From the NCBI RefSeq assembly GCF_021028975.2, contig NC_059439.1, positions 30,318,001-30,382,000 on the forward strand: a stretch of DNA of 64,000 nucleotides, in the 5' to 3' direction. The translations under genes were made by a program, and so were the position numbers. The notes beneath the pieces are model-generated. The model did no database searches. It was not told the DNA's origin and saw only the letters and a program-made list of their open reading frames with translations. Every line of letters starts with the position of its first letter. The stretch's first letter is position 1. Source of the stretch: Sphaerodactylus townsendi. Lineage: Eukaryota. Below, one piece after another: positions 50,120-62,510 of the stretch.

Positions 50120-50575
50120 CAGATTTACTCTGGAGAACTTGATTCCCTAAGCGCCTATTCCTGTGCTAGGTTTGATGTATTACTTTCTGCTATGCTACAA
50201 GGCAGGTTTAAAGGAGTCCCTAGAGAGAAGAGACTGTGTCCATGCGATTCAGATCAACAAGAAACTGTACAGCATCTGTTATTTTGCTGCCCAAGGTTTA
50301 GTAAAGCTAGGACGAAGTACCTGACATTTCTAACATCACAGCATACTGAAATGTCGGGCCGACAAAAAATTATCCTCTTACTGAACAATAATAACTTGAC
50401 TCAATGTGAAGCAGGGGCCAAGTTTTTATATGTGATGATGGAAACGAATTGATGATTTACTTCTGGTATGTTGTACAGTATCTGATTTTAAGATGTCTCT
50501 TTTTTATCCTGTTTTTACATTTATCTGTTTGAATCTATATTGTGTGCCAGTAAAGGGTTAATAATTGATTGATTC
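50120..50575 (+). mobile_element. Non-LTR retrotransposon 3' fragment (RTE-X-like zinc knuckle)
   Basis: GRF..VPREKRLCPC..ETVQHLLFCCP, then a 3' UTR ending in (TGAT)n. Confidence 0.65.
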
Positions 50576-50614
50576 CCTAACTCTTTTCTCCTTTTTTTTT
50601 TTTTTTTTTTGCAG

Positions 50615-50719
50615 GAGTGTCTCGGCAAAAACCTGAGTTAATCACCCAGATACAGCAAGGGGGGAAACCATATTTCCAAGATCAAAGCCCACACACGATA
50701 AGAGAAAATTCTCGAAAAG
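50615..50719 (+). CDS. KRAB-B exon
   Basis: GVSRQKPELITQIQQGGKPY..; poly-T acceptor, G|GTCAGT donor, phase 1 to 1. Confidence 0.88.
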
Positions 50720-51804
50720 GTCAGTTCAAGGAAGGGGGTGAGAAGGGAAATTTAGCGGTGGCTCACCTGTGTGGGAACCGAGTGTGGGAATTCAGCCTTT
50801 GATGTCACTGGGAAAAGCACAGCCAACGTGGTGAAGTGGTTAAAAGCAGGTGGATTCTAATCTGGAGAACCGGGTTTGATTCCCCACTCCTCCATCTGAG
50901 TGGCAGAGGCTTATCTGGAGAACCAGATGCGTTTCCGCACTTCTAAATTCCTGCTGGGTGATCTTGGGCTAGTCACAGTTCTTTGGAACTCTCTCAGCCC
51001 CTCCTGCCTGACAAGGTGTCTGTTGTTGGGAGAGGAAGGGAAAGGAGCTTGTAAGACACCTTTAGTCTCCTTACAGGAGAGAAAGAGGGATATAAATCCA
51101 AACTCCTACTCCTACTCCTCCGGGGAAGGGATAATCCTACAAGTCAGTCCAGTTGGTTTGTTTATCCATTCTGCAAAATGGGTGTTGGGGGCAGGCAAGT
51201 AAAATACAGGGGTGAGGGGGCATGAACTGCATACAGGCAAAACGATCTGGCCCAGAAATGGCCCCGAGGGATGTAAGTTCCAGCACCGAGTAAAATTGTA
51301 ATGAGTAATATAATATATTGTAATTTGCTTCAGGCTCCATAAGTTACAATGCACATAGTAATTAGCTTGATTAGAGCAAAGGAGAAATGCTTGGCAGGGG
51401 GGAGGAAATTAGCATCTGTAGTGAGATAAGCATTCTATCAAATGGAGTGAGACCTTCCTTTGGGTTGGATTCTCTGATATGCACATGTTTTTCCCTCTCC
51501 CAAATGCACAGCACCTCAGATCAGAGAATCTCCATGATTTCTAAAACCTATGAAAGTGTGACTTTCCCTCTCCCTTCACAGGGAGAGTGAAGGAGATCAA
51601 TATGCATTTCACTTTTTTGGGGGGCGGGGGGTCTCACTCCTTCGGCTTTGCCCACCCACAGAGCAGCAGTTTCTCCTGGTCTCACAGGCACCACTTCAGA
51701 AAGATTAAAAGAGCTGGGTTGTTTTTTTAAAAAATTTAATGCTAAGGGTCTGTTCTTTAAGGAATAGACCCTTGAAATTGACCTAAATCTTACATGGTCT
51801 AGCA

Positions 51805-52242
51805 CAGTGTTTCCCAACCTTTTTAACGTCATGGTACCCTTGACCTCGCTCTTCATATCTCAGGGTACCCTTGAAGTTCGTTTGATTTTTTTTTTTGCAT
51901 TTTTTAGGGTTTTTCCCGTTTTTGGCTTGTAGGTGGGGGGAGTGGCAAGCAGGGGGAGGGGAGGGGAAGCCACGTTGACAGCGGTGTTGTTTGTTTGCCT
52001 ATATTCAGCATGGATGGGGGGGATTTAAAGGGAGAGCTCCCTTTAAATCTACCCCCCCCCCCAATCCACGCCGAATTTAGGCAAATAAAACAATGCTGTT
52101 TTTCAGTGTTGTTTAAAGGGAGCCCATGAGGCTTCCAAACCCCCCCCCCCTTTAAAATCCATTTGATTCTGGTGTGGGGGGGCAGGTGGTAGCATTGTCA
52201 TAGCATCCCAGGGTACCACGGAACCCTGGTTGGGAATCACTG
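51805..52242. mobile_element. Non-autonomous hAT (Charlie-like) element
   Basis: TIRs CAGTGTTTCCCAACC / GGTTGGGAATCACTG; perfect 8-bp TSD GTCTAGCA. Confidence 0.88.
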
Positions 52243-52747
52243 GTCTAGCATGTAAGAACAAGGAACTGGGAGCAGGCAAAATGGAGGCTTGGCTTGGCTG
52301 GGAACACTTCTCAGCAGGAAAATCTGTTTAAACAAAAAACAGTGTGAAAACCGCACTGAGGAAAAAAAAACCCACGAGGTGAGCACTGCATGCATAGGAC
52401 AGTGAGACAAGGACAGATTTCATGGCTTTAGGGTGTCTCCGAGTCTTCATAATTTCAATAGTAAATCAACTGCGGCAGTTCATTGAGCGCATTTTCGGCA
52501 TATACATAACCTTCTTCCCAGAAATGACAGCCGGGGGAACCTGTTCGTCTCCACTTTTTAGCAGAAACCAACATTGCACAACATCGATTTCCTTTTTGTC
52601 AACTGTGAAACCACGTCTTTTCCTCTTTCACACAGCAATTTTTAAAAGGTTAAAAAAAGCACAAAAACACTTCTAAAAAAGACAGTGCTGAATAAACACA
52701 CAAGGCCTTGAAAATCAAAACACAGTAGGCGACCCACCTGGAGTACA

Positions 52748-53019
52748 CATAAGAACATAAGAACATAAGAACTAGCCTGCTGGATCAGTCCAGAGTCCAT
52801 CTAGTCCAGCACTCTGCTACTTGCAGTGGCCCACCAGGGGCCTTTGGGAGCTTACATGCAGGAGGTAAAAGCAATGGCCTTCTGCTGCTGCTGCTCCTGA
52901 GCACCTGGTCTGCTAAGGCATTTGCAATCTGAGATCAAGGCGGATCAAGATTGGTAGCCATAGATCGACTTCTCCTCCATAAATCTGTCCAAGCCCTTTT
53001 TAAAGCTATCCAGGTTAGA
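52748..53019 (-). mobile_element. CR1 3' UTR fragment
   Basis: (TTCTTATG)n tail and the same 3' UTR as 10030-10697. Other CR1 pieces at 34061-34222, 38570-38698 and 59190-59449. Confidence 0.88.
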
Positions 53020-53913
53020 TAGCTGCTATGAGGAAAGAAGAGTTAAAGTTAGAATCCCAGTGTGGCAGACAGTGTGGCATAGTGGTTAAAGTATACTTGG
53101 GGGGACACAGGTTCAGATCCCAAAGCTTGCTGGATGACTTTGGGCCAGTCGCCCATTCTCAGTCTAGCCTACCTCACATGGTTGTTTTGTTGATGAAACA
53201 GAGGCAAGGATATAAGCCACTTCGGGTCTCCACTGCAGAGAAAGGCAAAGTATAAATGAAGTCAATCCAATTCCTGCTTTTGAAGTCTCAGATCTTTTCC
53301 TTGCTCTTCAAATATTTTCTTCCCCACAAAATTCAATAGCAGCAGGAAAAAAATGAAGATTTCTGCCTCTGGTAATCTCTGGAGTCCTTTATTACAGATA
53401 ACAAATCTTCATTAGGTTAGGTCTCTAACAGGTGAACCAGGACGGCCGCAGAAAGTACAGGAACTTGAGCGTATGGTAGCTTTGGGACTTATTTCCCCCC
53501 CAGTAGTGGGAAGATGTTTATTCCCGTTCCAAAGCAATATATATATATATGATTTTTCCTTCTCATATCCTGCATTCATTTTTTTTTCTCATCGTTAACT
53601 AGAAATCTGGACTAGGAATTACCCTGTTTCCCCGAATATAAGACATCCCTGGAAAATAAGACGTAGTAGAGGTTTTGCTGAAGTGCGAAATATAAGGCAT
53701 CCCCCAAAAGTGAGACGTAGCAAAGTTTTTGTTTGGAAGCATGCCTGACGAACAGAAAACAGAAATATAAGACATCCCCTGAAAATAAGACATAGCGCAT
53801 CTTTGGGAGCAAAAATTAATATAAGACACTGTCTTATATTCGGGGAAACACGGTATTGGGGGAGGTCCCTTCAGAGACAATCTTGCACCAACCTTTTGTT
53901 CTTTCTATTGCAG

Positions 53914-55175
53914 GGAAGGCACTGCTTCAAGCCTTTAAGAAGCTGATAACGGAGAAGAAGACGGCAGCCAAGAGAGCCCAGCTAGTGGAGATGAGTCAGT
54001 CCACAGCAACAGAATCAACTCAGGACTATTCGAGCCCAGAGGATGAGGCTGACAATGAATTTTCCACCCCTGAGAAGCCACAGTCTCCTAAGCACCACGA
54101 ACAGGGGCATACAAGATTGTCGCCGGGCAGAAATTGCCCCACAAAAGGGCAAGCGTTAGTCCCTAAAGATAAGATTCACAGAAGGAAAAAACAGGAGACA
54201 CCCCAAATCAGCACGCTTGATTCCAGGCCGCAGGTGACTCAGGTGCAAGGAGAAACATCTGGAAATCAGGAAGCCAACACAACGAATGCAACCCCCGTGC
54301 CCCGTAAGCTCCAGAAGAGACCGGTGCCCCAGGGCGGACCTCCGAAGCTAAAGAAGCAGCCGTTATTGCTAGGGGAACCCCACCAACTGAGAAATAAATT
54401 TGAGGCGACCAATAACCCCCCCAGACTGAAGAAGGAAAGGCTGAAGCAAGGCGATACGCTTCTTCAGCAGAAGAGCCAGCCTCAGAAGAAGGAACTGTCC
54501 ATAAAGGTGAAGTTCCAGGAGACCACCACTCAAATTACCACGTGGCACCCGCCGTTCTGCACCTCGGTGGTCTCAGACCTCACGTGTCTGGAATGCGGGA
54601 GGGCCTTCAAGCAGAGGGCCGACCTGCGCCGCCATCGCTACGTCCACACCAAGGAGAAGCCGTACGCCTGCAAACTGTGCGACAAGCGCTTCGGCCACCC
54701 GAGCAACCTTCACATTCATCTGCGGACGCACAGCGGCGAGCGGCCGTACAAGTGCCCGGAGTGCGGGAAGGCCTTCACCCAGAGCTGCAACCTGCGGACG
54801 CACCGCCTGATCCACACTGGGAGGAAGCCGTTCCGCTGCTGCTTCTGCAACAAGTCTTTCCTCCACCGCTCCATCCTCATCATCCACGAACGCACACACA
54901 CCGGGGAGCGCCCCTACGCCTGCTCCTTCTGCCCCAAGCGCTTTGGGGACAGATCCACTTTGGTGCAGCACGAACGCACGCACACGGGCGAGAGGCCGTA
55001 CGCCTGCCGGGTCTGCAAGCAACGGTTCTGCCAGCTTTCACATCTTGTCAAACACACCCGCGTCCACCCGGGGGCCAGGGGGCCACCGTCCCAGAGAACA
55101 AATTCCTCTCTGGGCCGGCAAAAGATCACGCAGCCGAATTCCAGCGACCCTTGCGGAATAACACAAAGCAGTTGA
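53914..55175 (+). CDS. Terminal exon of the SCAN-KRAB-ZNF gene: basic/Q-P-rich linker plus 6 C2H2 fingers
   Basis: Acceptor ttgcag|GG (phase 1); six intact fingers with canonical linkers; TGA ends at 55175; AATAAA near 55456. Confidence 0.94.
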
Positions 55176-55789
55176 TTTACTCAATCAAACCACCCCCCTC
55201 AGTGGTCTAGTAGAGTGCTCCTGATTAAACCGGAAATATATTTTTTCAACAGTTATCTTTCAAATCATAAATATAAAAACTGTAGACGGCTCCCACCTTT
55301 CAAAAAGAAAGACATGGCTCTTTTAAGACAGAACTCCGAGATGCAACAAGCACCGTCTTCTAAAAACAAAGCATGCTCTTATTTCTCGCTTTCTGAAGCG
55401 TCGTTTTACTCAGATTGTGGGTCAAGGAAGATTTTGTTGAGTGAATGAATAATAGAATAAATGCGGATGTCAAGGACTGGCAAAAAGACAAATAGAAGAA
55501 GAAGAAGAGTTTGGATTTATACTTCCTTATATTTCTGTCTTGTAAGGAGACTCAAGGTGGCCTTCAAGCTCCTTTCCCTTACTCTCCCCGCCACAGACAC
55601 CTTGTGAGGTAGGTGGGGCTGAGAGAGTTCAGAGAGAACTGTGACTGGCCCAGGGACACCCAGCAGGAATGTAGGAGTGGGGAAACAAACCTGGTTCACC
55701 AGATAAGCTTCTGCCACTCAGGTGGGGAATCAAACCCGGTTCTCCACATTAGAATCCACCGGCTCTTAACCACTACACCTCGCTGGCTG

Positions 55790-56035
55790 TAAGTGGGTTC
55801 TAGATCAAATCAAGCCTGAACTCTCTCTAGAGGCTAAAATGACTAAACCGAGGCTATCATACTTTGGTCACGTTATGAGAAGAAAAGACAATAATGTTGG
55901 AAGAAGTGGAAGGCCGCAGGAAAAGAGAAAGGCCAGCACGGTGTGGATTGACTATAAAGGAAGCCTTAGCCCTCAGTTTGCAGGACATGAGCAAAACTGG
56001 GCTGATGATAGGATGTTTTGGAGGTCGTTCATCTG
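55790..56035 (+). mobile_element. RTE/BovB-type LINE 3' fragment
   Basis: LEAKMTKPRLSYFGHVMRR..MLEEVEGRRKRER motif of the RTE ORF2 end. Confidence 0.75.
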
Positions 56036-56851
56036 GTTGCCACAAGTTGGAAGAGACGGCGCTCAACACACACGATAGGATAAACAATACTTGATAACAA
56101 TAGAATAAATACCAGACAATTTGCTCCCCTTGAATGGCACCCAAGAAAACTGCCTCAAAATAGGCCCAGCCCTGATAAGTAGAAAGTAAAGAATTGTGTG
56201 TTCAGACTTTTGTAAAATGATGCGGCTGCCAGGTTGGGTAAACCTTTGTGGACTAGTAACCTGCGCAGATTAATTTTCAAGGTTGCCGCCGTCTTGTCTG
56301 TTCCTGCGCATTGTCATCTTCACTGGAATTTTGTACCCCAAATTTGCTCTTCTGACTGAATAACCCGCATGATAGCTTTTTTCCTCCTTACATTTATTAT
56401 TATTATTATTATTATTTTATTGGACTTATATACCGCCCCATCCCCAAAGGGCTCTTTATATCATCCTTGGAGGTTTTGTGAATACACCATTGGACGTATT
56501 TGCATGAGGGTGTGTGTGTGCCTGGGTGCGTGGGCCTGGGTTCATTTTGTGTGTTCCTGTCAAGAATGCTTATATTATACACCTGCGCAAGTTTGTATAG
56601 CATGTTCCTATCTATTGCTGAAGTCTGTGTCCTGTCACTGTATCTCCTGAGGATGCGGAGTTCTGGAAAAGTCCCAGAATTTAACAGCTGCAATGAAAGA
56701 GGCAGTTGAGACGAACTGGCAACTGTTTGATTAACTTCTTTCCCAGTTTGAGCCAGTGGAACTCCAGTGCTCAGTAGCTGCTCTCTGCTTCCGTAGAACT
56801 TTGGGCAAACGTTTGGTTGCTGGGGTCAAGCCGATTGAAGGGGATATTTTC

Positions 56852-57239
56852 CAGAGGTGGGATCCAGCAGGTTCTCACAGGTTCCCGAGAGTAGGTTACT
56901 AATTATTTGTGTTACTAATTGGTGATTTTGCCGCGTGATTTTTGCCTTAATTACGCCCCTCCTCCGCTCCTCAGCAGTAGCGTGCAGAGCTTGAAGCAGT
57001 GTAGCAGGAGGTGCACCGGCGTGCGTGGCAGCCTGCGCCTGCGTGCATTCGTTTCCCGCCCAAGGACCGGTGCAGTGGCTGCGTCCTTGCCACAGCCCCG
57101 CCCAGCAATGCCCCGCCCCCAGAATGCCCGACCACGCTCCCATCGTGCCCTGCCCCGCCCAGCCCCATTGGCGCTGTGCCACTGCTTGAATCCCACCACC
57201 ATGGGAACCTGTTACTAAAATTTTTGGATCCCACCACTG
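56852..57239. mobile_element. Non-autonomous hAT element (same family as 6064-6456)
   Basis: Perfect 8-bp TSD ATATTTTC. Confidence 0.9.
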
Positions 57240-57744
57240 ATATTTTCATTTAATGTTCGATTTCCACTGTTTTTAAAGATTCACAAATTCACAGGTGCAA
57301 TGTCTGCTAAAATAAACTATAAAAGAATGGTGCAGTATGGTGGGGAGGAGGCCAATTTTGGGGGAATGTTCCTGAGATTCAGGTGGACTAAAAGTTACAC
57401 TGCAGAAATTAGGATGAACTAATGAGATGGTGGGAAATACTGTCAAGCCACAGCCGACTATGGTGACTCTGTAGGGTTTTCAAGGCAAGAGAGGAACAGA
57501 AGTGGATTTGCCATTGCCTGCCTCTGTGTAGCCACTCTGGATGTTCTTGGTGATCTCCCATCCAAATCCCAACTAGGCCAGAACTTATTTGAGCTTACAA
57601 GATCTTATAAAATCAGACTAGCCTGGGCCATCCATGCCAGGGTAGGATGGATCAGTAGCTACAGTGAATAGATTTACTGGTTCAGGGTTGCAAACAACCT
57701 CTTGGAATGAACAAGAATAATCTCCAGGCAAATGGGAACAAACT

Positions 57745-58050
57745 ATTGTCGAAGGCTTTCACAGCCAGATTCAACTGGTTGTGGTGGGTTTTCCGGGCTG
57801 TGTGGCCATGGTCTGGTAGATCTTGTTCCTAACGTTTCACCTGCATCTGTGGCTGGCATCTTCGGAGGTGTATCACAGAGGGAAGTCTGTTACACCTTGT
57901 GTCCAGTTACAGGATGTAACAGACTTCCCTCTGTGATACGCCTCTGAAGAGGCCAGCCATAGGCGAAACGTTAGGAACATGCGGGCAAAACGTTAGGAAC
58001 AAGGTCTACCAGACCACGGCCACACGGTCCGGAAAACTCACCACAACCAG
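57745..58050. mobile_element. Penelope-like inverted terminal repeat pair with two hammerhead cores
   Basis: Arms 57775-57895 and 57915-58050 are inverted copies of each other. Confidence 0.78.
57941..57975 (+). ncRNA. Minimal type I hammerhead ribozyme motif
   Basis: CCT-CTGAAGA-G-GCC(agccata)GGC-GAAAC-GTT-AGG: catalytic boxes, helix II, palindromic ACGT helix III and helix I CCT/AGG. Confidence 0.65.
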
Positions 58051-60479
58051 TAACAAGCTAATTCTTCTTCAAGGCCAGGGCATATGATTTAAGCTAAATA
58101 CAGTAGTGGGTGAATTAGCTGGAAGGAGGCTGGGTTAATACTGTAGTGGAGAATTATACCTTGGAGTTTCCCTGATTACAAAACATGTATTATTTTGAAG
58201 TATGTGGCATTGGAGTTTGGGTGGGGGGGAATGATCTATGAATTAAACTTTGAAGCCATGGGCTTTAGATGAAAATGAGAAATAAACTGTCGGATGTATA
58301 AACATATTAAACCGACTGAGTATTATTGTTTCTTGTTAATGTCGCCCAGAGATGATATTAATACAATGTGAACAGAAGTCAGAAACATGTATACCTCTTT
58401 GTTCTCCTTCGGGGAAGGTAGAATAAAAATGAGAGAGATCGAGAGATCACCATGGCTCGCCCGGAAATGGCTACTTTGTGGTTTCACAGTAGATAAAAAG
58501 AGGAAAGAACAAAGGATTGAGGTAGGCTCAAGCTGTCATACAAATGAGTGAATATGGTCCAGTACAAAGTACCAGCATAAAGGTTAGTAACCATCATCAG
58601 GAGTGATCAGCTTGAAGAGTTCCCCAAATTTCTCAAAATGCTTCAGGGTGGGTCGAACTGCATTCAAACCACACTCAAGTTCTAACAGCTGTGCTGAAGC
58701 TCCATTCTGTATGGGAGCCCTTCTCTGTGAGAGCCAGCGTGGTGGTGTGGTTAAGAGTAGGTGCACTCTAATCTGGAGAACTGGGCTTGATACCCCGCTC
58801 TTCCACTTGAGCTGTGGAGGTTTATCTGGTGAGCTAGATTAGCTTGTCCACTCCAACACAAGCCAGCTGGGTGACCTTGGGCTAGTCACAATTCTCCAGA
58901 GCTCTCTCAGCCCCACCCACCTCACAGGGTGTTTTTTTGGGGGGGGGGGAGGAGATTGTAAACCCCTTTGAGTCTCCTTACAGAAGAGAAAGGAGGAAGT
59001 ATAAATCCAAACTCTTCTTCTTATAGAATCACTGCCTCAGTAGCAAGTCTGTACAGGTCCATCTTTCTAATTAAATATCCTGATTTAGCGGCTGCCGTAA
59101 TACCTCCCTACAACTTTCCAGCCTGGCCTATCTGTCATCCTCAAAGTTTATGGTGTTCTAGAACTTAAACAAAACAGTAATTGTTGTTCAACTGGCACCA
59201 GTCCTAAGGAGTAATGGATTCAAGGTGAAGGAAAAGAGATTCCGCTTAAACATCAGGAAGAACTTACTGACCGTCAGGGCTGTTTGACAGTGGAATTCAC
59301 TGCCTTGGAGAATTGTGGAATCTCTTTTGGAGGTTTTTAAACAGAGGCTGGATGAACATATGTCAGGAGTGCTTCGAGTGTGTATTCCTGCATTGCAGGG
59401 GGTTGGACTGGATGGCCCTTGGGGTCGATTCCAACTCTATGATTCTATGACATTAAAGTCTCAATGCCGATAGTGGACAGAGAGGATTGCAATGGGTGAA
59501 AGAAAGAGCTTCCCCCCGCCCTTACCTGTTTTCTCAACTTGAAACAGGCAGGAGAAGCCAATACCTGCCTAATGGGGAACCTTGTGTGAAGGAATAGACA
59601 AGATGCTGTTCATCCAATTACTGGAATGGAGGGGACTTAAGTTTCCTTGTTTCCATGAACGGCTGTTCTGATCTGAATCCGGCCCCAGTATATCCAGGAA
59701 TTAAGCCTTAAAAACGACTGGGAGCTCAGAATTCCCAGTATACTTACCATTTGACAAGAGCCTGGGTGGTTCCAGAAACAATTTCCCACGTGATCAGGGC
59801 TCTCCCTTTCTCCCAGCTTCCAATCTGAACCACGGGAAATAAAAATGTCTGCGTTACTACTTTTAAGAACTCGTTTAAAACCATCAGTTCAGCCTTTGTC
59901 AGGATCGGAGATCAGCAAACAAGATGGCAGATGAGGTGAACAAGATTAATTATCATAAAACGTCCATTCGTTTTAAAACATACCCGTTTAGATGACTAAA
60001 TACAAAATAACAAAACGATTTGTCGAACCTAGCCCACATTTCCCACTGGCATAGAGATTGTAACATTGGCCTACCTTACAGGGTTGTTGTTGTTGTTGTT
60101 GTTGTTATTATTATTTATTGGGTTTATAGACCGCCCTCCCCCGAAGGCGGTCTATAAAATCGAAGCAAATTATATATGCGATGATAGAAGAAGTGTTACT
60201 ACTAAATCACCCCTGGTCCACCCTGCGCGCAAATAAAGTAATGTTTCCCCTTCAGTCATGTCCGACCCTGGGGTACCACTGCAAGCAGTGATTTCATAGG
60301 CAAGCCGTTTTTGTGGGGTAGTTTGCCATTGCTTTCCCCAGCTATTCTTCAACCCCTAGCTATGAGCTACGTACTCATTTACAGACCAAGGAATGGATGC
60401 ATGGCTGAGTTGACCATGAGCCAGCTGCCAGGATATCTGACTCACAGGGGGCTCGAACTCCTGGCCGTGTGAGTGGCAG

Positions 60480-60800
60480 CGCAAGCACATGGGATTTTAA
60501 ATCCCGGACATGCGTTCAAATAGGGCTGCAGCTTGTCCAGGCCCTGAAAGGGTTAAAAAATCAAAACTGCCGCCGGGCTCCTAGAGAGGCTCCGAGCTCT
60601 CTAGAGGAGGGCTGCAAAATGTCGCCTCGCTTTCCTTTTCCGCCCAAACTATGAAAGGAAGGTGATTCGGCTCATGAATTGCTTTTTGCAATAGCGGCTG
60701 CAAAGGAAGGACGGGGCTGCGCGGCGGAAAAGGGGTGAGCTCGGTGCATGGCGGGGTGGGGGGTGGGGGGTTGCGCGGAAACTACAAAGACCCTCAAGGT
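60480..60800 (+). promoter_or_regulatory. CpG-rich putative promoter/first exon of the second SCAN gene
   Basis: CpG enrichment and a donor GG|GTGAGC near 60735; an acceptor tgacag ends at about 61576. Confidence 0.5.
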
Positions 60801-61129
60801 TGCAAGCTGGGGAAGTTCCTCTCCTTCGCTGTGGAGCCCTGGGGACCCTCAAAGACTCTCTCGCTTCTTCTCCTGGTGGGGAGTCCATATCCTTTTGGGA
60901 TGCGAGAAGCCTGTTTTGCATTAAATCCTGGGCTGGTTGCATTGCATTAAATCTTGGGCTGGTTGCAATGCATTAAACCCCGCGTGCCCCGCTTTGGTGT
61001 TCTCACGACAGCCGGACACGCTAGATTAGACACGGATCTGATGGAAGCCCCCCGCCCCCCCCCCCTGCACGCGGGATTGGTGTCAGTCTTTTGGATGCTC
61101 TGCCCTCTTGCGTCCTGGACCCTATATGT

Positions 61130-61503
61130 CAGTGGTTCTCAACCTTCCTAAAGAAGAAGAAGAGAAGAGTTTGGATTTATATCCCCCCCTTTCTCTCCTG
61201 CAGGAGACTCACAGGGGCTTACAGTCTCCTTTCCCTTCCCCCCTCACAACAAACACCCTGTGAGGTAGGTGGGGCTGAGAGAGCTCCGAGAAGCTGTGAC
61301 TAGCCCAAGGTCACCCAGCTGGCGTGTGTGGGAGTGTAAAGCCGCGACCCTTTAATACAGTTCCTCATGTTGTGGTGATCCCCAACCCTAACATTTATCC
61401 ATTTTACAGATGGAGAACTCTGATGTAGAGAGTCTCAGGGGACCCCTGTGAAAGAGTCGTTGGACCCCCAAAGGGGTCGCGACTCACAGGTTGAGAACCG
61501 CTG
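61130..61503. mobile_element. SPIN (URR1-type) non-autonomous hAT with a SINE inserted at about 61152-61337
   Basis: Ends CAGTGGTTCTCAACCTTCCTAA..GCCGCGACCCTTTAATACAGTTCCTCATG and GGGGTCGCGACTCACAGGTTGAGAACCGCTG match SPIN termini as I recall them; perfect 8-bp TSD CTATATGT. Confidence 0.88.
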
Positions 61504-61718
61504 CTATATGTCAAGAGTGCTGGAGATACATCATTTGACTAAAACTAATACTTTTGTTTATTTTTTTCCCTGACAGGGTTATGCCTGCCCTGACTGGCGG
61601 CAGATTTCTCTAACAGCAGACCCAAGTCAGAAACCTGACATTTCCTCCCAAGTGGAAGAAGCAGAGAGGATTCCCTTGCTGTGGAAAAGCCGGCGACGAC
61701 AGTCTCTTGAGAAATAAA

Positions 61719-62510
61719 ATGGCCACTTCTCCAGAAGAAGCGATGGGCCTGGGCCTGCCATCGCCGATTCACGTGAAATTGGAGGCCCAGTGCCAAGCAG
61801 ACGATGGCACGAGAGGAGAAGATGAAAAGGCCCCTTATATGATCCAGTCTGGGGGCGCTGAGGAGGTTTCAAGAGGGGCACCCATGCTGAGGGTGAAGCA
61901 GGAGCTGGCGGAGGAACAATTTCCCAGCTGGGATTGCCAGTTGCAGCGAGTGCTGGAGGTGGTGCAAACTCCCGCCATTGCCCCACCGTGGGACAATTCA
62001 CAGTTGCCTCCTCTTCCACAAGTAGGCAACACTGAGGCCTACTTGACCACTTTTGAGCGGGTGGCCGATGCTTCCCAGTGGCCCAGGGAAGACTGGGTGA
62101 CCCGGCTCATGCCTGTCCTCAGTGGGCAAGCCCAACAGGCATATTTTAGCTTGGATTCAAAAGACAAAGGGGACTATGGGAAAGTGAAGGTGGCCATTTT
62201 GAGGCTGGACAGCTACATTGCCACTGAGACACAGCGCCAAGGTTTCAGGCATTTCTGTTACCAGGATGCTGAGGGGCCACGGGGGACGTGCCAGAAGCTA
62301 CAGGAGCTTTGCTATCGCTGGTTGAGGCCTGAGAGTCAGACCAAAGAGCAGATCTTGGATCTTTTGATCTTGGAGCAGTTCCTTGTAATTCTGCCGCAGG
62401 AAATGCAGAGGTGGATTCGAGAGCGTGGGCCGGAGACCTGCGACAGAGCAGTCGCCCTCGCCGAGGAGTTTTTGCAGGAACGGCAAGCGACCGAGAGATG
62501 GGAACAACAG
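61719..62510 (+). CDS. Second SCAN-domain ZNF gene, coding exon 1 (Gag-capsid-like extension plus SCAN); continues beyond the window
   Basis: [30 protein letters not shown] then SCAN ([38 protein letters not shown]); donor CAG|GTGAGG. A possible next exon starts at 63608. Confidence 0.92.

Noticed and set aside
49784-50452. 222-aa ORF as a host gene
   Set aside because: A chance read-through of a Penelope fragment, a Harbinger MITE and a LINE 3' end inside a ZNF intron.
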